From positions 13,454,001 to 13,518,000 of the forward strand of contig OU015568.1 of the NCBI GenBank assembly GCA_907165135.1: a stretch of 64,000 nucleotides of DNA, written 5' to 3'. The DNA is from Oikopleura dioica (taxonomy: Eukaryota; Animalia; Chordata). Below are positions 40,801 to 53,433 of this stretch, piece by piece (the stretch's first letter is position 1; each line of letters starts with the position of its first letter). The notes below the pieces were generated by a model. It ran no database searches. It saw nothing but the letters and a program-made list of their open reading frames with translations, and was not told the origin of the DNA. A program made the position numbers and the translations under genes.

Positions 40801-41784
40801 CAGTTGTATTGCGCTCTTTTTTATCTTTCTTTTCACATATTCGATTTAATCTTTTTTTACTATCTTCAGAGAAATTTTTCAAGAAAGTTTTTAAGTTACT
40901 TTCGGTAAGGCATTTTCGTATTAAAGTCCTTTTTCAAAATGAAAAGAATTAGTGATACTAGAAGATTATTTATTGAATAAGTTTATGATTGAATAAATAA
41001 CATTTTAGGTTGCCTTGGCGGCTGGAAATCTCTTCCCAGTCGATCTTATACCAGACGGTCATGTCCAGGTCGCCGACTACATTCTTTACGTTTTGAACCA
41101 ACGCGAATGCTGGAATCACTACACAAATTTCGCCTCCCTGTCTCTCCCGAGCGACAACATAAATACTCTTTTGGCAGGTACTGCTCATCACAATATGATT
41201 TCGTCTATGTGACATAGACTATGTCCGTTTTTTGCTTACTTTGTTTCTAGCGATTTGTGAAAAGTATCAGCTCTATCATGAACCTGTTGAGCTACTGAGT
41301 CGAGCCATGGATCAAGGAAAATGAGTTAAAAGCAGCATTAACTACAACCGAATCATTTTGTATATTTCGACGCCAGAGAACTCACGAGTTTGGTCGAAAT
41401 TACCATTCCAAAGTGCATAAGTGCTTGAAGTACAGTATGTGCCAGCGTCTTAGCCAAGCGCAATGTTCCACAGCATATATATAATAAATTATATTGAAGG
41501 ATCCTTGTCAGCGCTGATTGTCCAAGTGTCAGTCACTGTAGTAATTTTATACCAATTTATCGACCAATTTCGCTCTCCAAAAAAGGAGGAAAATCTGCTT
41601 TTAACTTTGTTCAGAAAATAGACAAGTCAGAGTGATGCGAAAAACAAAAGCAGCTGAATTATTCGTCAAAGAGTTTCAGGCTGGTAGACTTCGAAGCGTC
41701 TTATTAGAGGATCACTCAAAGTTACCCAAATCAATAAGGCACAGGAAAAGGGCTCCAGATAGAGAACCGACGTCATTTTTTTGA
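37879..41784 (+). CDS. MTG1: Mitochondrial ribosome-associated GTPase 1, 8 exons, 3 non-canonical introns
   Basis: Motifs WLPRHMKG, VNCVIEVVDARLPLSSRN, LFNKEDL, GIPNTGKSTLIN (split by an intron), ITR, RDTPGV, ADYILYVLN and AAELFVKEFQAGRL. Confidence 0.9.
39052..39592 (+). other. Inferred GG-AG intron (MTG1)
   Basis: The only junction found that rebuilds the P-loop GIPNTGKS (GGG ATA C|CG AAC ACA GGA AAA TCG). Confidence 0.72.
39703..40314 (+). other. Inferred GA-AG intron (MTG1)
   Basis: The ITR|KLSERILV..DTPG join aligns without gaps to the remembered MTG1 motif. Donor GACAGG. Confidence 0.72.
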
Positions 41785-44700
41785 TTCGCGTTAAATGCAT
41801 TAGAACTAACTTGAGTTCAAAGACACTCATTTTTACCAGCGTTTTTGAACTATAAAAAAGCTCAAATTTGAAATATATTTTTCGCTAGAAATATCCCCCT
41901 TATGATCTCAGAGGATAGATTTCGCGAATCAGTCTCAGAATATACTGTACTGCGATTTTAATTAGAGCCTTTCACAGTCCAATGATGGCGATGTTCCCAA
42001 GTTGATAATTACTTTTTCTCTAATTACAAACCTTCCTTCTTCATTTTTTTCCTGCCCACTGGATTCTCGCTGCTGATTTTTTCACCTTTTCAGAGATTTG
42101 GTAGAAAACATAAAGGAAAACGCCCGGAAGTGAAGGTCAATCCCCGAGTGGACTCCGGATGAGTTTTTACGAAAAATGACGATTTCGACAGCTTCTTCTG
42201 AATGGGAAAGTACAGAACCAACGGCCAGTGGCCGCCCACAACCTCGGATAACGGTAAATGGTTCCTCAATACGCAAAAACTAACGGGTGTGTCTTTTGGT
42301 GATCTTTTTTCTTATTTTCCATTGTTGTAATAAAACGGAAAGACTGAGAAACTAAAACCTAGGTGTCAAAAGGCAAGTTTAATTGCGAATAATAAAGTGG
42401 ATAAGGCGGCTAAGTGGCGACCGGTTAGTGCGGCAGCCCTCTGGGGAGATTATCATTCCCAAGTTGGACTAAACCTAAAAATGCGGCTTTCATCCCTTAT
42501 TGTGGAGATTTTAACGAGTTAGATTTTCGATGCGATTATTTGTGGAAATTAAATCAATTCATCTTTCATGATTTCAATTCCGGAGGCGAAATACAGTAAA
42601 AACGCGCCATAAGTTACGCTCGCGCCCTCAGACAGGACGAGAACTGGCCGCGGGCGTGACGTCTATCATTTTCTCTCGCTGAAGCTGCTCGTTTTTTCAT
42701 CGTTTTTTTCCGAAGTTCTTTTTTGTAATGTATGTAAGCGTGTGCCCAAGAGAGGGAGAGAAGGAGAAGCGTGTGCCTGAAGGGCATCACTCGACGTAAA
42801 AGAGACAGAGAGTGAGGGAACGATTCTCGGGCAATAGTGGCCGAGAGCAGGGCGCCGCGGAAAGCTGCTCGAGCTTTTAACTGCGGCCACTTACTTTGCC
42901 TCTCCAAATCTATTTTCAGAAAGTAAAAATAATAAAACAAGAAAAACTTTTTTTTTATAATTAGAGATCGAAATAGAAAAAGAAAAATAATGTAAAGATC
43001 GAAAATGAGAGGATCAAGATACAGGCAATTTGCGCAAATATTAAATTAGATATTCACTGAATTATGACTCAGGCAGAAAGAATTGAGAGAATAGTTCAGA
43101 CGCGTAGATCATCCCTCAACCCCTAATTCGTCACTCGACCATTAACCATAAGAGGCGCAATTAAAACATATCGTTTCGGTCCTTTTGTGCTCTCTATTTA
43201 TTCTTCTGAATTTTTTATACGCGAAGATTCTCTTCTATGATTTCATCATTGGGCTTCCAATTTTATATTTTCATCAATCAAACGCGATAAATTTCTTTCT
43301 CAATTCATTTGCGGCTAATTCGCAGCTGAAGAAGAGCTTCTCCAAATTTAAATTAATGTACAGTGGTGGAGACGATATTTCGAGTATTTTATCTCTCTGA
43401 ATAATATACCGTACATAAAACAATACGAAGAGGTCTTCTTTCTTGGACCACGCGCCCGAGGGGATTATAGAACGTTTTCAAATAGCGGGGAATAGCAAGC
43501 TCAAGTCTACAGCCCCAGCGCTGACGCGCGTGAAAGAAAGAAAGTAATCCTCACGTTACTCAAAGGCACAATAGATGCTTACATAAGATGCTCTCTATGC
43601 TGCGTGTAGTTCTAGTGGCAGGAAAACTGTGTTCTCGATACGATAACTGAGTATAGCTCGATGGCGCTTGTGCTTGGGCAAACAAAAAAAGAAAACTCTT
43701 CAAACTCCCCTAGCATCGTAGCGCGTGTAGCAAATTATTACAACCGGGCGCAGGAAAAATAGTAACCGTCTGTCCCTGAAGCACTTTTTCACTAAATTTT
43801 CGAAGAATAAATAGAGAGGAGAGCAAAACGCCGAGAGATCCGATTTTTACTGCCCCGATGAAAAGCGCGTAAAAATTTCTGCCAAAGAATGAATTTGCAG
43901 CATTACACAAGCTCGAGGCAACCACCTTCCATGCTTGACTTTGTGCCTGAGTCTGACGAAGCGGAAATTAGGAAATTGTGTGCCCAATTTATGGCATTTC
44001 ATGCTGGTAGTTCCAATTTGATATGAGAAGGATACGAGTGATGAAAATTTATATTTTTTTATATTCCCCGCTTGACATTTTACGAGAAATTGAGAATTTA
44101 AAGTAAGCGTAGATTTAAATTGGCACGCCACTGTAGTTATGTCCGTCCTGCTGTAGGATCAAGCTATCACCCGAATTCCAGGACCGGACGCCGAGCATCG
44201 GTAAGTCACATTTTCTCTCCACTTTTTTTTTTCATGAAAGTCAGATTTTTCAACGTCCTATCGTATCTACCGGCCAATTATAGCCTTGCCCTTTTCCACT
44301 TTGTTTCGATCACCGTTTTTTCTTGTATTTTTACTGCATAAGTCTTGAGTAAATATTTGCCCGGCCTTGTAAACGGATTATTTGGCTTGTCTGTATACAT
44401 TTTGTACTAAATCTGGCATGTTCCATATTGTGTGTATTGCCCCGAGAGAGCGTATTTCGTTATTGCTTCGGGCAGCAATAGCAATTGCTTGCGGCAGATC
44501 CAAAAAAGATTAGCGCATTTATTGGGGCAATATTCTCCAAGTAGCTCCTAATCGGGTTTCAGCGATTTCGAATTGAAAAAAAAATAAATGCTAACAAAAA
44601 GGAATAACAATTTCTTCGCTTAGGGGTCGAGATTGAATTTTCAGCGGTTTGAATGAAAAGCAAAAAATGATTCCAATTTCTGAGTGACCGCGCTCAAGGT

Positions 44701-47700
44701 CGAACTCAAAGAATCATCTTCTTTTATTTCTTCTTAGTGTTGATAAATCCATAAATCTTTTCATCTTGCGCAATCTAATATCCACGTTATATATAGATTT
44801 ATCAGGCTTATAATCTATGGTTATTGAATTGAGATAAACGGGCTTGTTATCCAAGCACCCGATCACCCGACGGGCAGTTATTTGGTTTGAAATAGAACCT
44901 TCCACATTTTCCCGATGGTTTCTACTGAACGAAGCCAATGATCATTTGCCCGAGAAAAACAATAAATTTTATTAACGCATGGACTTATACAAAGAACTAA
45001 ACGTCTGTTTTACCGCGTGGCAAATTGAGGAACCATTAAATGAGATCGTCAGGCCGCCCGTTTACTCCTCCTCGGTCCCAATCCGAGTTAATCACAGGCC
45101 CTCGCCGAGCGCAGAAAGTCCCTCGGTGAGCGGCTCTGCCCCAGTATGCGGGTTTCATTTGAAATCAACAACGAGCCCCATTTATTTTTCTTGAGATCAA
45201 CGAGGAAATTCTTAAAGTTCAAATTTTTGGCATACGTTCACTTGATTAATGCTCCAGCGCCTGTTGGACAGATTCACTTGAGCGCGCGAGTTTATTTTTG
45301 GCATTTGAGCAAGCTGCTCGATCATCATTTAGCTCCAAAAATACGATGCTAGAGTTCGTTTTTGGATACACTTACCCAGCGTGAACTAAGATCAAGGTCG
45401 AATATTAGCCAACCTAGAATAAATTATCTTCCTAATCTTGCCAGCTTCACTGCTTTTACATTTACAGTTGTGTCCAGATCAAGAAATCTTTATTGACTTA
45501 CGTCAATTTGAAAGTGTTATACTATCAGATCGATCATAAAAATCACTTGCTATTTGCATGTACGGCACATCGACTGTGCTTCTACCGTCTTTCTTTAGTT
45601 AAATTTTTGGAATTCTTTTTTTCGACTTTTCGTGAAAGAGATGGCTCGGACTATAGAACGGCACGAGATAGAGAACGAGTCAGACGAGGCTTGCCCAGAG
45701 GCGAATGCCTGGGATACCGTATTTACAAAGTAGTTCCGCTGAAAGAAGTCAAATAGCAAAATTGCCGAAACTAAATGCGGCTAAATAAAGAAAAACGCTT
45801 AGTTCGCTAGTGACTGAGCCAGTCAATTAATTTTTGTTCACACGAAGTCGGCCCTTGAAAGCGTACAAAACATTTATAATTTCAAAGTCCTTATAAGTTG
45901 ATAGGCTCATTATGACGTCAATAGCGAGACCTGGTGTTACGTCCAGGCATAGCAAGATTTAGAGTTATATATACAGAATTTCCTCGTTGATTTCTTGCAA
46001 AAGATTTCTTTCTAAATAAATTTAGGAGGAATTTAATTGAAGGTGTTATATTTTGACTTTCTGAAAAGCGAAGCAAAAGCTTGATAAAACTGATCTTCCA
46101 CCTAGCACATGGATATTGTCCTTGTAAATCCGCAATCAGATACGATGCCGCAAAACAGTACAGCTCCGCCCTCGTTGCGCCCCGGAACGGGTCTTGATAA
46201 TAGTCGGCGGCCCTCCCTTCCTGCCAGTGGACAGTCCCGTGGAAGCCTTGCCAAAATCAACTCGATGCTCATCGAAGCTCCAATCACTCAGGTTAATAAT
46301 CCAAAAAAAGAAAAAAAAATCACTTAGTTTTTTTTTCTCCTCAAAATTTTTTTCACAGTAGAAACATTTTCTCTATAAGTAGTGAGTATTTAGTCGTGAA
46401 GGCGAGTTCTGATTGGGGTTCAGTACATCAATCTTAAATGTCCTTATACGACAACTAGCCTTCGTCATGCTAAATGATTAATCCAACAGTCTTCTACAGG
46501 CGCAATTTCAATGTGTTAAGTCTCTCAAAATCGAGAATCCTATAGAAGACCTATCAGGTAGCAAGAACCAAAAACGAAATAAACAAACATCCTAAGCCGG
46601 GAAAATAAATCTTGAGTTTATCGTAGAAATCTAGTCATAATACCATAGTATTTTTTTGCGTAAACCAAATATTTCCGAAAGCCAGGAAGACCAAAAAAAT
46701 AATAAAAAAAAGGTATCAGATGATGATAAAGTCCTTTTTTGACGTTTCTCATTTTTATCGAAGGGATCAATGAATGTCGAAAAATTGCGATCCAGCGATC
46801 GGGAGAGCTCATCATCGCAATAAAGGCGGATCTGTTTATATAATCTACTGGGAACAGAATATTGAGGGGAAAAATGTTTTACCCGCATTCGGAAAACAAT
46901 TGATCGAGAGACAGGAACAATTTTGTTTAGGTTGTGAATATACTGAAGGATATTATCGAAGAGCTCAAGAACGAAACTGGTGATCGTTTGGCACTCTCTG
47001 GACGCCTGGAATCTGCTTTGAGCATTATCCAATGCTCAGAGTTATACACGCCGCACTTCCAATCAATCTCACAGAGCAGTGCTCTCGCCAATAACCGTGC
47101 CGCGTAAGTCCCATTTACTAGAACGCGTTAATATGTTATTTTGAAAGCTTTTCTCCATTTTTGTCGAACGGAAAATTTTACGTTCCTCCTCTTCCATAAA
47201 AATTACCACTCTTCATTTCAACCAATCTAAAAATAACCAAAAAAACCCTCAAATGACTTCATGATTCGTATTTGACGTAATTTGAAGGCCACCTACAGTC
47301 AACGTTAAAAAACTACTGATGTGGGAAATTCCAACTCAAAGTTTATGAAGTTTTACGAGTGCCAATAAGGTGTCATCATCTGTTCGTAACTAAATCTGAG
47401 GGTGACATTATCGCTTGTGTACTGAGGAGTTGACGTAAATCCAGCTGGGGCATTTTTGTTCTGTTTTCTTAGCCGCGCATTCCAAGCTCGTTGTTTGAAA
47501 TTTGCCTTTTCAACTTGTTGGACCTATCAAATAGAATCCTTTGGGTTCAACTTAGGGATCCCGGCATAATCAAGGTCGAATTTGAGTTGAGTGAGTCAGC
47601 ATTCTAGTCCCAAGCCGGGCATCAGAAGTGTTGCGTCGATTAATTTCAAGCTCGCCCAGTGCTCCAGTATCTGAGCAATTTGAATTTCCGTATAATAATA

Positions 47701-50309
47701 TCGATCAGTTCTTCTCATTCTGTCGGTTACCGTCCCGACCGAAGCGAGTTTTTTCTATTTTTTATCACTCTTATTTTTTCATACTAAAAGAAGTGGAGGG
47801 ATGAAAGAGATGACTGAGGCGGAAGCCGAGGAGGCTCGCAAGGAACGCGAATCTCGTGAAATGTAAGATATTTGTTCGAAAGGGTCTCTTTATAATATTT
47901 TTTTTTGTGGCGAAATGTGGTGTATCAAATATAGAACCCTATAAGGGCATCTTGATTATGGTCTTTTTTGATCAAAATAAATTGGCGATAATTAACACTT
48001 TCGTGAAATGACGTGCTTTCTGACGTATTTTGACACAGAGAGAAAGCGTTATCCTCACTCCCCACTTTTGATCCCTTTATTTGAGATTAAAGAAAAAGAT
48101 ATCAAAACAGAACGAAGGCGAGTAATCGAGCCCTCGATACACTTAAACAAGTCTGAGACAACTGAAATTGAAAGAAAGAAAAGAACGATCGATCACACTA
48201 GATGCTTGTGGCATTAATTTGGTACGAGCACAATTGGGTCGATAAAAATTTACGCCTTGTGTTTAAAAATCATTGAATCGAAGAGCGCGTTGATTCGTCT
48301 GCCTAAGGAAGTAAAGCCTCTACCAGGGATAAAGGTCAGTTTCAGGGATCGACAAAATCAGCTGATCCAAGCGAATACCAAAAATATCGAGTTTTCTTTT
48401 TCAATTCTTTGGCTTTGAATTTTAGCCAAATTTATGAATGTTTTGCCTTTCTGATGTTCATTTTGAAATGTCGATTTCAACAATAAATCCCTTAGTTGTC
48501 AGACAGCTGTCAGACCTATCTCTTAACTCATTTGAGTACCTTAACTCCTGTTCGCGCGGCAGGACAGACAGTGGCAGGACACTGGGCCGTCTAAACTGTT
48601 AGGTTCGCTGTGATTGATTGTAAATATAAATCAATCGCTATTAATTGAAGCTAACTAGCAAATTGTGATTAGAGTTAAACGTGACCTGTCACGGGGTCTA
48701 AAAAACCTAAGGCGCATATGTCGTGTTGGGCACACTGACATTGTACGGTTAAACGCCGTCGTCTTGGCGCTGCTCAGAAAAACCTTTTGTTCCACTCGTT
48801 TTGAAAAGAGAACTCAAAACCCTCAATAACAGTTCCACTTCAAATCAAACTAAACCTAACTGTTCCTTTCTAAATAAGATTCCCTTCAGGAGCGTTAGAG
48901 AGAGAGAGCACATCCCAAAAATGGCCCTGAGCCGCAGCCAAGGGTGATGATTGACGAGATCTTTTGCATTAGGGGCACGAAAATGCAACTCTGGGAAAAT
49001 GATGAGAATGAATTTTGTAAAACAAGGTACAAAAGTAGAACCATCAACGTTCTCCGTTTTCTTGGCTGCTGACCTATCGTGGGTTAATTTCGCCCATCGA
49101 CCCCAATCGAACTTGATAGGGTCGCAAGGGTTCTGTCTGTAAATTCTACAAATGCGAGTGTTTAAAATTTATACCTCGAAATTTACTTTTTCAAAGTTTA
49201 TTGAGCCACAAATGACGTCAGATTTTTTCAATGCCAGGTCCAAAATCTGCCAAACCCGCGGAAAAAATATTTTGACGCTTGTGCTATTTGAACAGCGCAC
49301 CGATGGGCGATATATATGCCAGTATATATTGGCATACTGCAAGTGCAAATATTTGACATCCACTGCAAAAAAGCTCATGTCGACCACTTCCGGTACAAGT
49401 ACAAAATACAAATTTCACAGAGTAACGGTTCCCGCCGCGATTTTGAAGCGCTGGAAAGGCAAAGCGGAAGGATAGAGTTAAAATTATCATGGTCCATAAA
49501 ATATTCGAAGCTATAAAAGAGAAAAACAAGCATTGATAAGAGACTTTTATCGGTCAAAAACTAGCAGGTTTTGTTTGTTTTATCGTCCTCTTCCATGTCT
49601 TCAAATATTTTCTCATCGGCCAGATTCAACTTTTCATACTATCCTTATTGAAGTTTCATCGCTTCTCGTGAAAATTTTGTATTTCCTATCGTACCTTTTG
49701 ATTTGTGACGTTTGCTTTTGATGAAAAGTGGCTTATGAAAGTGAACTTTGCTTGGACATTTGAGAACAGATTGAACATCAAACACCAAAAAAAGAAGCAC
49801 TTCTATTTTTGCCAAAGAGAGCACCGCAAACTACTCCCAACAAAAAATTCGAGAGATCCCTTTTTTGTCGGATATTACTGTCGCTAGAAAATAATGCCAG
49901 AACATCATGGTTGATGATGATGATGGGAAATGAGTTAAAATAAGTCGATTATTAAATATTTCCATTTATTTTTTAACTCGCTGTCTGAAAACTGCCAAGT
50001 TTTTGCGGTCGACTATGGCGGCGGCTTTTGCCCTGCTGCTTCAGGTAAAATTTTCAAAAAAGGTCATCCGGGGTCACAAGCCCGAAAAATGTCTAAAATT
50101 GCAGATTTACTTATTCAAAAGCAGAAAATTCTCTCTGCGCGCGTCTCTGAAAAGGCGCCGTGTCAATAAAGAATGAAAGAAAATGTTTTAAAATGTTAAA
50201 TCCAAAAATGACGTCAGTGGTCGTTTATTCTTCATGTTTATGAGAGCAGAGGCCAATAACCAGGCGGTTTTATCTTTATATTACATAGTCTGAATATTAG
50301 TTGACGTCA
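39766..50309. promoter_or_regulatory. Cluster of six perfect CRE palindromes (TGACGTCA) around the 5' part of PDE8
   Basis: Sites at 39766, 39958, 45913, 49213, 50209 and 50302. No other perfect copy was noticed in the window (scanned by eye). Function is inferred. Confidence 0.5.
41317..41614 (+). other. Inferred GA-AG intron (MTG1)
   Basis: Phase-1 join CAA G|AA AAT. Donor GAAAAT. The alternative nearby GA donor creates a stop codon. Confidence 0.7.
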
Positions 50310-53300
50310 ATTACTTGACAAGACAAAAAACATTTCATTTCTAATCAAAACTTACTCCCGCCCAAATGACCTCGAGAAGAAGGCCCACGAGAAAGAATAA
50401 AATGCTCCTATCCCACCTGTTAGTAGCTTGATTATAACGACCAAGAAAAATTAATTATCAGGCTTTTATGAAGGATTTTTCAAATGATTTAAAGTTTCAA
50501 TGACTAGTAGGATGAATGTATAAAGAATATAAGTGTGAGGCTTTTTTAATTGATAATTTGATAAACATTTTTTTGCTAATTATAATTTAATTATTCATTG
50601 AATTGTTATGCTATTAAAAAAATAGCTCTAGATTGGGTTTTGTTTTTAGGATTTGGCTTCAAATCAATCATTATTTTTACATCTTACAAGCAATTGAAGC
50701 AGAGCCATGTTTATACCATGTATGAGTTAAAATATTCATGACGTAAATTTTACTTCTTCCTATATCTTGCGATTTTCTGGAAGGGGCGAACAGCTATTGT
50801 TATGCTAAATGGCCTCGATATATATTAACTCGTTCTACTTAATTTTTCAATCGATGAATCAGTTCAAAATTGTTGAATTCTGTTTTTAGGCAAGACTTGG
50901 TGGAAGGCTTGATGCGGCCTTCGCAGCCGTCGCACAGACGCTCCAGTGCTGGGGAGAACATTTTATCAACCTCCAGGTAACGTTTCTATTCTTTTGCCGT
51001 TTCAATTATTATTTTTTTCTTCTGAACTGAAAGCAGTAGCTCCTCTTTGGCTAGCTATCCTTTTCTATCGATCGAGAGCCGCCACTTCAGCATACCTTTT
51101 TTATTTGAGCAAAAAGAGAACATCGAAGATATTTTTTAAAATGGTTTTTTATTTGTTGACTTTTTATTTTGAATAGATGCCAAATAAAGGGTTGTTTTGC
51201 AATGAAAAATATTTATCGAGAAAAAATGCTCTAAATGAATATTTTGACAATATAATTGACAGGTTATTGCTCTCGTAAAGGATGAAATTTATCGATAAAG
51301 AGCGGATTTATTTTATAAATATCTCCACTATTGTAATATATTTAAAGATCAACCCGGGGCTAGATATGAGCAGAAAGTCACGGCGGTTTAGGCCTCCAGT
51401 GCTGAACGACAGATATAACATCAACACGGCGGTGCCGCAGATCGTGAGCAGATGTCTCGAAGGCTACAAAGCGTGGGATTGGAACATCCTCGAACTCGAG
51501 AAAGTGTCCGAGTTCACGCCGCTGCGCTTCCTTGGCATGAAAGTCTTTCGGTAAATCAAAAGCATTGATTTTTGTCGAAATTCAAACCGTATCTTTAGCG
51601 AATTCGATGTTCCGCGTCAGCTACAGATTGACGAAATCACGCTAGAACGATGGCTCGTGTTGATAGAGCAAAACTACCTCGCTACAAACCCGTACCACAA
51701 TTCAACTCACGCTGCTGATGTTTTATCCGTAAGTTTCTTCTGTAATCCAAAAGGGTTCATCGCGAACTTGTCAAATAATTCCCTATAAAGCGTTGATCGG
51801 TTAAAATATCGACAGCCCAAAAGATCGTTCTATTCTTCAGGCTACTGCATATTTCTTACGAACTGAACGTTGCAAAAACCTCTTGTCAGAATTTGACATG
51901 GTCGCCTCGCTAATTGCAGCCACTATTCACGACGTGGATCATCCGGGCAGGACGAACGCGTTCCTCTGCAACAGCCGCCACGAGCTCGCCCTGCTCTACA
52001 ACGACACGGCGGTGCTCGAGAACCACCACGTCGCTAAGACCTTCAAACTCACCCTAGACCCGCACAACGATGCGAACATTTTTAGGTAAGGAGAAAGACA
52101 GCACGCTCTTTTTCTGTCATTTTACTTTCGACTTTTTTCATCTCGAATTCGGAACTTTATTTTATTTTTAAAATCTTCTAGCCGTCTCAATCACGAAGAC
52201 TACCAGACGATACGATCGAACATCATCGACATGGTCCTCGCGACAGAACTCGGCAAGCACTTTGAACACGTGAACAAATTCATTTCCTCCACGAGGCCGA
52301 ATGTCGACGAGGCTGATCGCAGTCCGCGCACCTCGCAAATCAGTGTAAATGCCTCAGAAAACGACGATCAAGAGCTACGCACGCTTGCTAAACGAGTGCT
52401 TATTAAAGTTTCTGGTAAGCTCCGTTAGCTCGACCTTGCAATTTGCAGGGTGGCTATTTTGGATTTGGGGGTTAGTTGGAATTGGATTGGATCCAATCCA
52501 ATAAGGTTTGGATGGAATTTGGATGGCCAGGGTACCGGATTTTGTTGGGGAAAATTGGGCAATTGGGGGAAATTGGGGAATTGGATCCAATAAAAAATAT
52601 ATCGCTAAACTATGCAAAGAAGGGTCATTTTCATAATGAAAATGAGAAATTTCGGATAAAAAATCATTGTTTTGGCTATGTTGACCCTCCTTTTGGATAA
52701 AAACTTACTGTTTCCCTTCTTTTCAAAGAGATAAAAGCCTTGGAAAAATTGGAAATCCAATTGGATCTAATTGGAATTGGGGATTTTTGGGTAATTGGGT
52801 AATAATTGGGTTGGATTGGATTTTGGATGGATAGTTCCGGCTCAAAATTTATTGGATGGAAATTGGATGGCCAGACCCCAAAATTTTGTCCAAAATAGCC
52901 ACCCTGCAATTTGTCTGGCAGTCTGTCTGGTCGACTAACTGCTTGGTTTTTAGACGTTTCAAACCCGGCGCGACCTCGAAAACAGTGTATCGAATGGACA
53001 AGAAGAGTGTGCGAAGAGTATTTCACGCAGACTCAAGAAGAAACCGAACGCAATTTGCCTATCGTAATGCCTGTAAGTCAACTCGCCGATCAACCGAACA
53101 GTTATATTAAAACGCGCTTTCAGACTTTCAAAAGAGAAGTGTGTTCAATTCCGAAGACGCAAACTGCTTTTATAAATTATTTCCTTTTGGACATGTTTGA
53201 CGCTTGGCACGAGTTCTGTGATGTTCCAACAGTACTCAATCACCTTAAAAACAACCTACAATTTTGGGACGAAATGGATCGATTGGAGCTAACGACAATT

Positions 53301-53433
53301 GAGGTACAGTATCTATTTCTGAAATGAAACGCTATTTCTGTTGGTTCAAAAAAAATTAAATTAAATTTTCTAGCAAATTCATGAACATGCACATTTGGAC
53401 ACGACGGAAGAAGGAGGCACAATTGACGAGTGA
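46106..53433 (+). CDS. PDE8A: cAMP phosphodiesterase 8; 5' end unresolved (candidate upstream exons at 42176-42253, 44979-45125 and about 45638-45729)
   Basis: Motifs [65 protein letters not shown] and EEYFTQT. Confidence 0.9.
52446..52906. mobile_element. hAT-like MITE (461 bp) with ATTGG/CCAAT arrays in a PDE8 intron
   Basis: 18-bp TIR CAGGGTGGCTATTTTGGA. Flanking duplication CAATTTG (7 bp, or 8 bp GCAATTTG if the terminal G is shared). Confidence 0.85.
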
